A stretch of DNA of 64,000 nucleotides from Nitrosopumilus sp. (GTDB lineage Archaea > Thermoproteota > Nitrososphaeria > Nitrososphaerales > Nitrosopumilaceae). Below, one piece after another: positions 55,178 through 64,000 of this stretch. The first letter of the stretch is position 1. Each line of letters opens with the position of its first letter. The stretch spans positions 1,344,001-1,408,000 of the forward strand of contig OZ244732.1 of assembly GCA_965219345.1 (NCBI GenBank). Direction: 5' to 3'. Made by a program: the position numbers and the translations under genes. The notes beneath the pieces were generated by a model. The model saw only the letters and a program-made list of their open reading frames with translations. It had not been told where the DNA came from and made no database searches.

Positions 55178-56614
55178 TTAATTTAGGATGCAATATGCAT
55201 ACGATGGAGTATATGATGTATACATGATGCTGTTTCGGTCTGCTACATGTTGCAAACCAATAGAATGACCTAATTCATGTGTCATGATTGTTTCAACACT
55301 TTTAATATCATATAATTGAAAACTTCCATCACAATTGAAGTCTCCTAATGTTACCTCTACAACTCCTTTTCCAAGATGTGCATGTCCGAGAACTCCTTCT
55401 CCAATATTTCGGACTATCCAAGTTACCCAAACATTTGCTTCATTTCTCAAATTTGTAATTTCAAATTTTATTTCAGCTTTTTGATTATCAGTATCAAATT
55501 CTTGTTCTTCCCAAAACAAAAAAGATTTTTCTAATGTACTCACATGATCTAATGGCAATCCTGGTGGTTGTTCATTGATGAATACTTTATAGTGAATAAT
55601 TACTACCTCATCAATTGTTTCATATGTTGGATTGGGAAATATTTCAGATGCCTTTTTGACCTCCTCTTCAAAATTCCATTTTACGTAATCTCTAAGAAAT
55701 TTTTTTATCACGTCTTGACTCGGGTTTGGATATTCGATAAATCGCGTCTCTTTAAAAATATTTTTTGAAATATCTCTAAGATATCTTCCAAACAAATACA
55801 ACTCACGATCTAATTCTTCCGATGATTGAGATGTTTCTTGAACATTTACGGTAATTAATCCATATTCTATCATATGTTGAATGCCTGTAACAAAAGCATT
55901 ATTGTCACTTCTATCATAAGCCCACTCCCTAGCATTATTTTTTACCCATTCTGGAATTTTATCTTCAGGAATACTCTGTATTTCTACTGGTGGAATTTGT
56001 ATTGTTTTATTTTCTATCAGATACAACAAAGCTGACATAAATTCTGAATCATTGATATCCCCTTCTGACCACCATTTCGCTATTGGTTTTACCCATTCTG
56101 GTATTGTTGTGACATAGACTTTTTCTAACCCTTTTGGTTTTTCAGTTGCTATATATGGATATTTTGTAATTACTTTTTCGATAAATTCTTTATAGTTTTT
56201 AATCACAATACTATCTGGGTCTTCTTTTAATGCTTTATCAAAGTACGTTATAGATTCTTGATATTCTCCTAGATATCCAAACCCGACTCCCATACCCGTC
56301 AATGAAATAACATCGTTTGGTCTAGTTTGCAAAACTTTGAAAAATTGCTTTAAAGATTTGTCATGTTGCTCAAGATTACTTTGTGCTATCCCTTTCATTT
56401 TTAGTGTTGAAATATTATTTGGCGAAATCTCTAAGATATCATCAAAAATTTTTATGGCTTGTTTGTATTCTCCATTGACAAAATGTTCTTTAGCTAGACT
56501 AAACATTAATTCTGGATCTTTTTCTGTTTGTGCAAACACAGTTCCTGTAAGAATGGAAGAACTTAACAAAATCAAGACTAAGAAATAAGGAATTATTATT
56601 GCATCTTTTTTCAT
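55178..56614 (-). CDS. Secreted TPR + IPEWVK-repeat + matrixin (M10-like) metalloprotease
   Basis: Signal peptide, TPRs, two IPEWVK..A..W repeats, HELGHSIGLQH and SIMY Met-turn. Confidence 0.88.
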   Translation of the reverse strand: MKKDAIIIPYFLVLILLSSSILTGTVFAQTEKDPELMFSLAKEHFVNGEYKQAIKIFDDILEISPNNISTLKMKGIAQSNLEQHDKSLKQFFKVLQTRPNDVISLTGMGVGFGYLGEYQESITYFDKALKEDPDSIVIKNYKEFIEKVITKYPYIATEKPKGLEKVYVTTIPEWVKPIAKWWSEGDINDSEFMSALLYLIENKTIQIPPVEIQSIPEDKIPEWVKNNAREWAYDRSDNNAFVTGIQHMIEYGLITVNVQETSQSSEELDRELYLFGRYLRDISKNIFKETRFIEYPNPSQDVIKKFLRDYVKWNFEEEVKKASEIFPNPTYETIDEVVIIHYKVFINEQPPGLPLDHVSTLEKSFLFWEEQEFDTDNQKAEIKFEITNLRNEANVWVTWIVRNIGEGVLGHAHLGKGVVEVTLGDFNCDGSFQLYDIKSVETIMTHELGHSIGLQHVADRNSIMYTSYTPSYAYCILN

Positions 56615-56740
56615 GTTTGTGATTTTCGATGTGGTTATTTCTATTTTATACTAAATTTAGGCTTAGATTTGCTTTTATTACATAAACAATATGACTATGT
56701 CAAAAAATCTTTAATTTATTAATAATAACGTGTTTTTGTA

Positions 56741-57091
56741 TTGACAAAAATTGATACTGGAGGAGCAATCCATGACTTGCGCAAAAAAATTCAACAGATT
56801 CAAGCAGATTTGAATCAATTAGGAGATCCTGTATCTGAAATGCCTGAATTGATTACTTCAGCAAACCTATTACGCTCAAATGAGTATCTATCAAAGGCAA
56901 ATGAAAAGAAAACTGAACTGTTATCTGCCTTCGAACAATATTCTACGGCTCTAGAAGAATTACTCTCGTCCGTTTTTGACATACAACACGATCTAAAAGA
57001 GATTCTCACAGCTCAATCCTCTATGATTTTTTCTCATCAAAAAAAAAAACAATCAAAATCAAAAGTTAAATCAAGAATTACTAAAAAATAG
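56741..57091 (+). CDS. Coiled-coil hypothetical protein
   Basis: 116-aa ORF. Confidence 0.7.
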   Translation: MTKIDTGGAIHDLRKKIQQIQADLNQLGDPVSEMPELITSANLLRSNEYLSKANEKKTELLSAFEQYSTALEELLSSVFDIQHDLKEILTAQSSMIFSHQKKKQSKSKVKSRITKK

Positions 57092-57092
57092 T

Positions 57093-58100
57093 CTACTTTG
57101 ATAAATGAATAATATCGCCTGCGATAATTCTATTAACTCTGTTGTTATCTGATACTACCAATGCCCCATCTTCGTCAATTTTGATTGCTTTTCCTTTTAT
57201 TTTTCCATCTCTAGTGTTTAACTCTACATTCTTCCCAATTGTTGATGATCTTTTTGTCCATTCTGAAATGATTTTTTTTGTTTGTTTTGTATTTAGTAAC
57301 TCATAAATTTTTTCCAATTCTACCAAAAATGTTTGAACTAACTGAATTGGTTTAACTTTCTTTTTATGTTCACTAAGAGATACCACTCCATAAAAATTTG
57401 ATGAACCCTTGAGTGTTTTCTCAATATGTTTTACATCAATGTCAAAATTTATTCCAACCCCTAAGACCATATTTTCAATTCTGTTTGATTCTAACGATGC
57501 ATCGACAAGAATTCCTGCTACTTTTTTACCTTTAATAGTCAAGTCATTTGGCCATTTCAATTCTGGAAAAATCTTTAACATTTTTTCTAATGCATTTGAT
57601 AATGCTAGTGCTGATGCAATTGGAAATAAAGTTGTAATAGAAATATCAAATTTTGGTTGCAAAATTATTGAAAGCCATATGCCTCCTTTAGGCGAAATCC
57701 ATTTTCTTCCATCTCTTCCTTTTCCTCCTGTCTGTTTTGCTGCAATTATCACAGTACCATTATTTACAGGATCATCTGCCATTTTTAATGCCTGATTTTG
57801 GGTAGAATCAGTTGAATCAAAATAATATGCTTGTTGTCCAATTACCTCTGTTTTAAGCCCTGAAGTAATCTCCCATGGAAAGAGCTCGTCTGAATTTGAT
57901 GTTAACTTGTACCCTAGTTTCTGTTTTGACTCAATAGTATATCCTAACTCTTGAATTTTTTTGATATGTTTCCATACTGCAACTCTGCTTATCTTTAAAA
58001 CATCACTCAAATCTTGACCAGATAGGTATTCTGTATTATGAGTTTGCAAAAATGTTAGGACTTTTACAAATCCTGGATTATCAAATGAATTGTATATCAA
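57093..58100 (-). CDS. birA: Biotin-protein ligase with N-terminal HTH
   Basis: SRVAVWKHI, QTGGKGR, LKWPND and KKVAGIL motifs. Confidence 0.95.
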   Translation of the reverse strand: MIYNSFDNPGFVKVLTFLQTHNTEYLSGQDLSDVLKISRVAVWKHIKKIQELGYTIESKQKLGYKLTSNSDELFPWEITSGLKTEVIGQQAYYFDSTDSTQNQALKMADDPVNNGTVIIAAKQTGGKGRDGRKWISPKGGIWLSIILQPKFDISITTLFPIASALALSNALEKMLKIFPELKWPNDLTIKGKKVAGILVDASLESNRIENMVLGVGINFDIDVKHIEKTLKGSSNFYGVVSLSEHKKKVKPIQLVQTFLVELEKIYELLNTKQTKKIISEWTKRSSTIGKNVELNTRDGKIKGKAIKIDEDGALVVSDNNRVNRIIAGDIIHLSK

Positions 58101-58136
58101 CTATGGTTTGTTTTTACTTCAAGTATAAAACACACA

Positions 58137-58628
58137 CTAGAATTCAACATCCATGTCAAATTCCCCCTCACCCATGTTATTGTCTCCACCTTCTGGCATA
58201 TTTTCTGCCGGAACATAATTTGACATTGTCATGCCTATCATACTAAACATCATACTAAACATCATCATATCCATCACTCCAAAAAATATCATCATAGGAA
58301 GGAATGATTTGTTATCATCCATGTATTGTTTTAACTGCTCCTTATCTTGTGCTTTGTATAATGTTGACATTTGATTCCACTTTGTTTGTAATTCATGGAC
58401 TTTGTTATCTACTTCTATAGCCCCTTTTTCAGTGACCTTGATCTCTATTTTCTTCCCTAACAATCCATTTTTTTCTACTACTTGAATAAACCCGCCATTT
58501 TCTAGTTGTTCTAAAATTGAATTCAATTCTTCAGATTCAATTAGTGTCATTTTTTGAATTTTATCAAATTTTTTAATTCCTGCTTGTATTGCTCCTAGTA
58601 CAATGATCCCTTTTGGCTCCGTATTCAC
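58137..58628 (-). CDS. Winged-helix protein with Met-rich hydrophobic tail
   Basis: wHTH-like N-terminus ending VTEKG; MMIFFGVMDMMMFSMMFSM segment. Confidence 0.7.
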   Translation of the reverse strand: MNTEPKGIIVLGAIQAGIKKFDKIQKMTLIESEELNSILEQLENGGFIQVVEKNGLLGKKIEIKVTEKGAIEVDNKVHELQTKWNQMSTLYKAQDKEQLKQYMDDNKSFLPMMIFFGVMDMMMFSMMFSMIGMTMSNYVPAENMPEGGDNNMGEGEFDMDVEF

Positions 58629-58714
58629 AATGCATTTTTTTTATTATCCCTAAAAATTGTTTGTTTAATTCTAAATACTTGAAAAATTATATCCTGTATA
58701 TTCATACATTCTTT

Positions 58715-59128
58715 ATGGAACGAGATAATTATTCTGATGAAGAAATTCGTAATATTCTTTCTTTAAAGAAAGTGACTGTTGTAGGAATGTCTAAAAGTTC
58801 TCATAAGGCAGCTCATTTTGTCCCCAAATATCTTTCTGATAATGGATATGATATCACTCCTGTAAATCCAACATCCGAAGAAATCTTGGGTAAAAAATGC
58901 TATAATTCCATTTCAGAAATTGATGAAGAAATTGAAATTGTGGATATATTCAGACCTTCAGACCAAGTTTTACCGTTCGTCCAAGAAGCCATAAAGAAAA
59001 AACCAAAAGTGATTTGGCTGCAAGAAGGAATTCATAATCCTGAAGCTGAAGAATTAGCAAGAAAAGAAGGAATCAAAGTAATTTTCAACAGATGTATGCT
59101 GGCAGAACATAGGAGACTATTGAGATGA
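58715..59128 (+). CDS. CoA-binding protein (YccU-like)
   Basis: VVGMS, PVNP, VDIFR, WLQEG and NRC motifs. Confidence 0.9.
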   Translation: MERDNYSDEEIRNILSLKKVTVVGMSKSSHKAAHFVPKYLSDNGYDITPVNPTSEEILGKKCYNSISEIDEEIEIVDIFRPSDQVLPFVQEAIKKKPKVIWLQEGIHNPEAEELARKEGIKVIFNRCMLAEHRRLLR

Positions 59129-59490
59129 CAAACTTTGAAAATTTTTATCATGATCTACTTGATTTGGCAAAAAAATATGAATTGCAAAACACTCCTCTAA
59201 AAATCGAACAAGATCTTGAAAATGATATCATCAAGATATTTGGTGAAAAAATTACGTCTTTGACAAGAGCAAAAAATGGCTTGAATGATGTAGCAGAACT
59301 TGCATTTACAACAGCTGAACATCACCCATATTGGAATTTACTCTACAATTGTTCAGAAATAGCAAGTAGTGTTTTAGAAAAATGGAAAGGATCTCTATCT
59401 ACAGATGATTTTTCTGATATTGATTGGGCTATCAAAGAACTTAACCATTCACTTGAAAAAATCAAAAACAAAAATTCTTCTAATTCCTAG
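59125..59490 (+). CDS. Hypothetical protein
   Basis: 121-aa ORF coupled to the upstream gene. Confidence 0.7.
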   Translation: MTNFENFYHDLLDLAKKYELQNTPLKIEQDLENDIIKIFGEKITSLTRAKNGLNDVAELAFTTAEHHPYWNLLYNCSEIASSVLEKWKGSLSTDDFSDIDWAIKELNHSLEKIKNKNSSNS

Positions 59491-59525
59491 GCAGAGATAA
59501 ATATTCTAAACTGACAAATTATTGT

Positions 59526-60737
59526 ATGTCTATTAAGATTGGGTTAATTGGTAAAACCAATACTGGAAAGACAACCTTCTTTAATTCTGCTACATTGTCT
59601 TCTGAAGAAATTTCGTCTTACCCATTTACTACTAAAAAACCAGTGTCAGGAACAGCACATGCCGTTACACTTTGCGTTCATCCAGAATTTAAAATTCAAG
59701 ACAATCCCAACAACTCCAAATGTGTTGAAGGATGGAGATACATTCCAATTGAATTGATAGACTTACCTGGACTCATCAAGGATGCATGGAAAGGTAAAGG
59801 CCTTGGAAATCAGTTTCTATCCATTGCTGCACAATCTGATGTGTTACTTCACGTTGTTGATGCTTCTGGGGGGATTGATTCAACGGGAAAAATTACTGAA
59901 ATTGGAACGGGTGATCCTATTTCTGATTTTGCAGATATAGAGGAAGAATTGATCATGTGGTATCATAAAATTTTAGAAGGAAATAGAGACAAAGTATCAA
60001 AACTGATTAGAACCGGCACTGATATTTTAGACGCAATTACAGATCTTTATCGTGGTATTGGTGTAGACAAAACTCATGTTAAAGAAACACTTCTAGCAAC
60101 TGAACTTGAAGAAAAAGATTTTGATGATTTTGATATGATTGATACCAAAAAATTTGTATCACATCTAAGAAAAATTTCAAAACCGACTCTTATTGTAGCA
60201 AACAAAATTGATGTAGAAGGAGCTGACAAAAATTTTGCTAGATTAAGGGAGCGTTACAATGATTCAATAGTAATTCCTGTTAGTGGCGATAGTGAATTTA
60301 GTCTTAGACGTGCAGAGCAAAAAGGACTGATAAAATATTCTCCTGGCTCTGAACAATTTGAAATAATCAAATCTGATGAACTAAATGAAAAACAAACAAA
60401 TGCACTAAACTTTATCCAAAAAGGAATTATGGGTGAATATATGAGAACTGGGGTTCAATTTGCAATTAATGTTGCAGTCTTTAAACTACTTAAGATGAAT
60501 TCAATTTATCCTGTTGCAGATGAGAAAAATCTTTCTGATAAAAAAGGAAGGGTGCTCCCTGATTTACTTTTACTAAAAAATGGGGCTACAATAAAAGATC
60601 TTGCGAAGGAAATCCATTCTGATCTGACTAAAGGACTTTTGTACGGAAAAGATTTGAGGTATAATTTGAGACTGCCCATTGATTATCAACTAAGGGATAG
60701 AGATGTTGTTTCTATCATTAGTGCTGCAAAAAAATAA
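59526..60737 (+). CDS. Obg/YchF-family GTPase/ATPase with TGS domain
   Basis: GKTNTGKTT, YPFTT, DLPGL and NKID motifs. Confidence 0.92.
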   Translation: MSIKIGLIGKTNTGKTTFFNSATLSSEEISSYPFTTKKPVSGTAHAVTLCVHPEFKIQDNPNNSKCVEGWRYIPIELIDLPGLIKDAWKGKGLGNQFLSIAAQSDVLLHVVDASGGIDSTGKITEIGTGDPISDFADIEEELIMWYHKILEGNRDKVSKLIRTGTDILDAITDLYRGIGVDKTHVKETLLATELEEKDFDDFDMIDTKKFVSHLRKISKPTLIVANKIDVEGADKNFARLRERYNDSIVIPVSGDSEFSLRRAEQKGLIKYSPGSEQFEIIKSDELNEKQTNALNFIQKGIMGEYMRTGVQFAINVAVFKLLKMNSIYPVADEKNLSDKKGRVLPDLLLLKNGATIKDLAKEIHSDLTKGLLYGKDLRYNLRLPIDYQLRDRDVVSIISAAKK

Positions 60738-60809
60738 TTCCATTTAATTGACATACAGCATTACAATAATCTCAAAAATAGTTATTATGCGCTTAAATCT
60801 CATCATTGA

Positions 60810-61799
60810 ATGAGAAAATTAACAATTCTTTCAGTGATCATTGGAATTATTGTTATTGGTGTGGCATTATCTTATGTCTCAACCATAAAAATTGATAAAG
60901 ATCCATCAAAGGATCCATTCAAAGTTGGAATAGTAAAATGGGTGACAAGTGAGCAATTTGATGAAAATATTTCAGAATTTAAAAGATACTTGGAATTAGA
61001 TGAACATTTTCATGAAAATAATCTTGAATATCTAGAAGATATTTCTTATGCGGATAAATCTAAACATAAAGAAATCGTTCAAAGATTTATTGATGAAAAA
61101 GTAGATCTAATTTTCACTCAAACTACATCTGGAACTTTGATTGCAAAAGAAATGACACAAGACATGCCAATTGTTTTTTCTGTTGTGACTTATCCAGTTG
61201 AAGCAGGTATTATTGATGATTTATCACATTCTGGAAATAATTTAGTTGGAACTGGAAATTATATTTCAATTGAAAAACAATTTGATTTTTTTATAGAAAT
61301 TGCTCCAATAAAGAAATTAGGATTTGTTCATAAATTAAATGAACCAAATTCAATTATTCAATATAATGAAGTAAAAGAATATGCTAATAATAATGGAATA
61401 GAGATCATAGATATTGCAGGAACATCCCTAGAAGATTTAGAAAGTTTGATATCTGAAAATATTTCCAAAGTAGATACATTATGCCAAGCTTGTGATACTT
61501 TGGTACAAAGTGGCGGTGAAGAATTAGCCATTAAAATTGCAACTGAACAAAATAAACCAACTTTTTCTTGTAATCTTGATGGAGTAAAAAAGGGAGCGTT
61601 GGCTGGTAAGGTTGCAAATTTTATTGATATGGGACAATTATCAGGCTTAAGCAATAGGATTTTAGAAGGTTCAAATATTGATTTTTTAAAAACTGAGAGT
61701 CCAAGTGCTCACAGTATATTAAATTTGAAAACAGCTGATTCATTGGGAATAGAAATATCTCCAGAATTGAAATTTTCAGGAGCGGAACTAGTTAGTTAA
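60810..61799 (+). CDS. ABC-type substrate-binding protein (ABC_sub_bind-like), no adjacent permease
   Basis: N-terminal TM; PIVFSVVTYPV.AG, SGNNLVG and LNLKTA..LGI motifs. Confidence 0.82.
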   Translation: MRKLTILSVIIGIIVIGVALSYVSTIKIDKDPSKDPFKVGIVKWVTSEQFDENISEFKRYLELDEHFHENNLEYLEDISYADKSKHKEIVQRFIDEKVDLIFTQTTSGTLIAKEMTQDMPIVFSVVTYPVEAGIIDDLSHSGNNLVGTGNYISIEKQFDFFIEIAPIKKLGFVHKLNEPNSIIQYNEVKEYANNNGIEIIDIAGTSLEDLESLISENISKVDTLCQACDTLVQSGGEELAIKIATEQNKPTFSCNLDGVKKGALAGKVANFIDMGQLSGLSNRILEGSNIDFLKTESPSAHSILNLKTADSLGIEISPELKFSGAELVS

Positions 61800-61968
61800 T
61801 CATAAACACATTTAGAATTCTAAGAGACCTTCATATAAAAAATCAAAAAAATAATTGCGAAAAGCTGACCTTAAGCATTACAATATACACATAACATCCA
61901 CAACTATCAAGCATAAGTTCATTTTGAACCACAGGCAAGTTAATAGGCATAATTTAGGCACAAAAAAC

Positions 61969-63126
61969 ATGTCTTCTGATTCTCAAGATATACGAAGATC
62001 AATTTTGGCAAAATGGCATGAAACTCTATCAAAATATGGGAATTTGTTTTCTTCTGATTCAATTAGTGGCACTAGTCCCCCATCTGTTTTTGTAGGTTCT
62101 CATAATTATCCCAAAGTCTCTCTTGGCCCAATGGTCCCACCAATTCATGGTGACACAAGTCTACTCGACAATCCAGAAAAGTGGAAAGGAAAATCACTTG
62201 AAGAAATTGTTAATTTTAGATTAAATTTAGTTCGCGGAATACAAAAAATTCCAATTGATCAAACAGATGGTAGATACATTGAAAATCTTCAAGAAATTAC
62301 AATGTCTTCAAAACCAACCGATTCTGATTTGATATTTGAAAAGGCTTTATCTTCAAGTGTGTCTCTTGATGATGAAAGTGCTCCCTTTGGCCCAATTGGT
62401 CAGATAAAAACTGCAAAATTTTCTGGAACCTCTTCTGTAAAATCAATTGAAAAGACATTCTATGATAAGGACTTGAAAGCCAAAGATGCAGTTTTGAATT
62501 TATATAATTCTGGAATTGAAATTTCCAAAATTCAAAAATGTTTTAGTATTGGAATGTTAGGACAAAAAAGAAAGCTAGTTCCAACTAAATGGAGTATAAC
62601 TGCAACTGATGATATTATTTCTAAATCTCTTACCGATGAAATTTTAGATTATAATTTAATTGATTCATGTAGAGTTTTTTCATATGAACATTTGGGAAAT
62701 GTTTTCTCTGTTGTCTTATTTCCTCATAGATGGATATATGAAATGATTGAGGCTTGGTATTCAAATGGAATACTGGGATTTGGGTCTGATTCTGAGGATG
62801 CTCGTGGAATTAATCATTCTCCTGTTATAGCTGGTGCTTATTTTGCAGCCAAATTGGGAATTGTAGAATATTTGTCTAAAAAGAGAATTCAAGCAGGAGT
62901 CGTGATTCTAAGAGAAATTCGACCTGAATATGCTATTCCTGTTGGTGTATGGCAAATTCGTGAAGGTATCCGTGAGGCCATGAAGCAAAAACCTGCAATC
63001 GCAGATAACTTTGATCATGCACTCCTTCTGGCATCAAATAAAATGAGCATTAGCAAATCTGAATGGCTTTCCCATGGAAACATCTCAAAAATAATCAGGC
63101 AAAAAACTCTGTCTGATTTCTTTTAG
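61969..63126 (+). CDS. nreA: Archaeal DNA repair protein Nre
   Basis: SPPSVFVG..NYPKV, LVPTKWSITATD and PVGVWQIRE motifs; C-terminal PIP box QKTLSDFF. Confidence 0.92.
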   Translation: MSSDSQDIRRSILAKWHETLSKYGNLFSSDSISGTSPPSVFVGSHNYPKVSLGPMVPPIHGDTSLLDNPEKWKGKSLEEIVNFRLNLVRGIQKIPIDQTDGRYIENLQEITMSSKPTDSDLIFEKALSSSVSLDDESAPFGPIGQIKTAKFSGTSSVKSIEKTFYDKDLKAKDAVLNLYNSGIEISKIQKCFSIGMLGQKRKLVPTKWSITATDDIISKSLTDEILDYNLIDSCRVFSYEHLGNVFSVVLFPHRWIYEMIEAWYSNGILGFGSDSEDARGINHSPVIAGAYFAAKLGIVEYLSKKRIQAGVVILREIRPEYAIPVGVWQIREGIREAMKQKPAIADNFDHALLLASNKMSISKSEWLSHGNISKIIRQKTLSDFF

Positions 63127-63309
63127 ATTCTAACAAAAAATCTAACGATGTTATGCCGTCTTTGAAGTAACTTGTTTTTTAGCGCGTCGTTTCTTAATTA
63201 TACTACACATGACTGCCATTTGGATATAATTTAATTCGATTAGGACAATTATTCAATAATTTGTAATTTTTATAATCATTATGTAGAATTTAGGCATAAA
63301 AGAGGTGTT

Positions 63310-63507
63310 TCAATCGGCTATTTTTTTTCTTATACAATCAGGACATAGGATGATACCTTCATTATTTGTTAATTTGTACATTGTTTGTCCATACTCTTCA
63401 TTGTCTTTTCTTATTATTTGCCACTCATTTTCAAAAAATAAAATGCAACATGTAGGAATATCATGTTTGATACCTTTCCAAAAAAACTTTCCAAATTTAT
63501 TTCTCAT
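63310..63507 (-). CDS. Small Cys-rich hypothetical protein
   Basis: IPTCCILFF...ILCPDC. Confidence 0.6.
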   Translation of the reverse strand: MRNKFGKFFWKGIKHDIPTCCILFFENEWQIIRKDNEEYGQTMYKLTNNEGIILCPDCIRKKIAD

Positions 63508-63626
63508 AGAGATTTGAATCGCGATTTGCGATCAAAAGACTAGGTTTTTGGATCAGTTGACCAAAAGATCAGAGTCTAATGAACCAATCATGCTATCCTT
63601 TATATGAATAAAAAGTAATTTTACCC

Positions 63627-63766
63627 ATGGGAAAATTTGATTATAAAAAATGCCCTCAATGTCATAAGATAGCAAACAACAATACCCAAGTCAAAGAACT
63701 ATTCGGTATTAGAAATAATGGTGTAATATCATGGTTCAATCATGGTGTAAATCATGCAGAGGTTAA
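63627..63766 (+). pseudogene. Small zinc-finger gene with a frameshift
   Basis: MGKFDYKKCPQCHKIANNNTQVKELFGIRNNG / IMVQSWCKSCRG*; the second CxxC is in a shifted frame. Confidence 0.55.
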
Positions 63767-63781
63767 CTATTTTTTTTAATT

Positions 63782-64000
63782 TTATCTATAGGGTCTAATA
63801 ATTTTCATATTTCCTTTTTGGTTATAGGAATCTAACAGAATAACGCCCTTATCTTCTGTAATGAATTTTTCACATTTTAGGTTTGAAGCAACCATCAAAT
63901 GCATAAAATCCATAGAACCCGGAAGTTTTCGCATATCAAGAAAATCAATCAATTTGGAGCCAGGTACATTTTCAACAAAATTGGTTAAATTCATAGAATC
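63782..64000 (-). CDS. PIN-domain (VapC-like) protein, C-terminal part
   Basis: MDFMHLMVA...CEKFITEDK; 5' end lies beyond the window. Confidence 0.7.
   Translation of the reverse strand, partial: DSMNLTNFVENVPGSKLIDFLDMRKLPGSMDFMHLMVASNLKCEKFITEDKGVILLDSYNQKGNMKIIRPYR

Noticed and set aside
63715-63760. Short ATCATGGT repeats as a mini-CRISPR or operator array
   Set aside because: Only three or four short imperfect units without spacers; explained by the small zinc-finger coding sequence.

Overview
AT-rich chromosomal window from an ammonia-oxidising archaeon of the Nitrosopumilaceae (Nitrosopumilus-like, judged from the 16S/23S rRNA and gene content). The backbone is housekeeping: TldD, PINA ATPase, tRNA splicing endonuclease, DNA ligase, FBP aldolase/phosphatase, EF-1alpha, S10, Rpo12, 3-hydroxyacyl-CoA dehydrogenase, TBP, TFB, DnaJ-ferredoxin, HemL, a 16S-23S operon, MsrA, BirA, YchF and NreA. 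There is also a PHA cluster (hydrolase, AbrB-type regulator, phasin, phaC, phaE). Three accessory zones interrupt the backbone. (i) 1.4-5.5 kb: a truncated metzincin, a GC-rich IS481 and a decayed response regulator. (ii) 16.7-23.1 kb: a nested mobile element, in which an IS481 with 28-bp terminal inverted repeats and a 15-bp target duplication has its transposase split in frame by a 5.25-kb IS5-ended cargo unit carrying a putative adhesin. (iii) 42.5-47.5 kb: a decaying tandem array of secreted proteins sharing a Cys-Cys-GW module. The 23S flanks show an odd crossed (permuted) pair of perfect inverted repeats. No CRISPR array, tRNA or reverse transcriptase was seen. All family calls come from motif recognition by eye, not from database searches.
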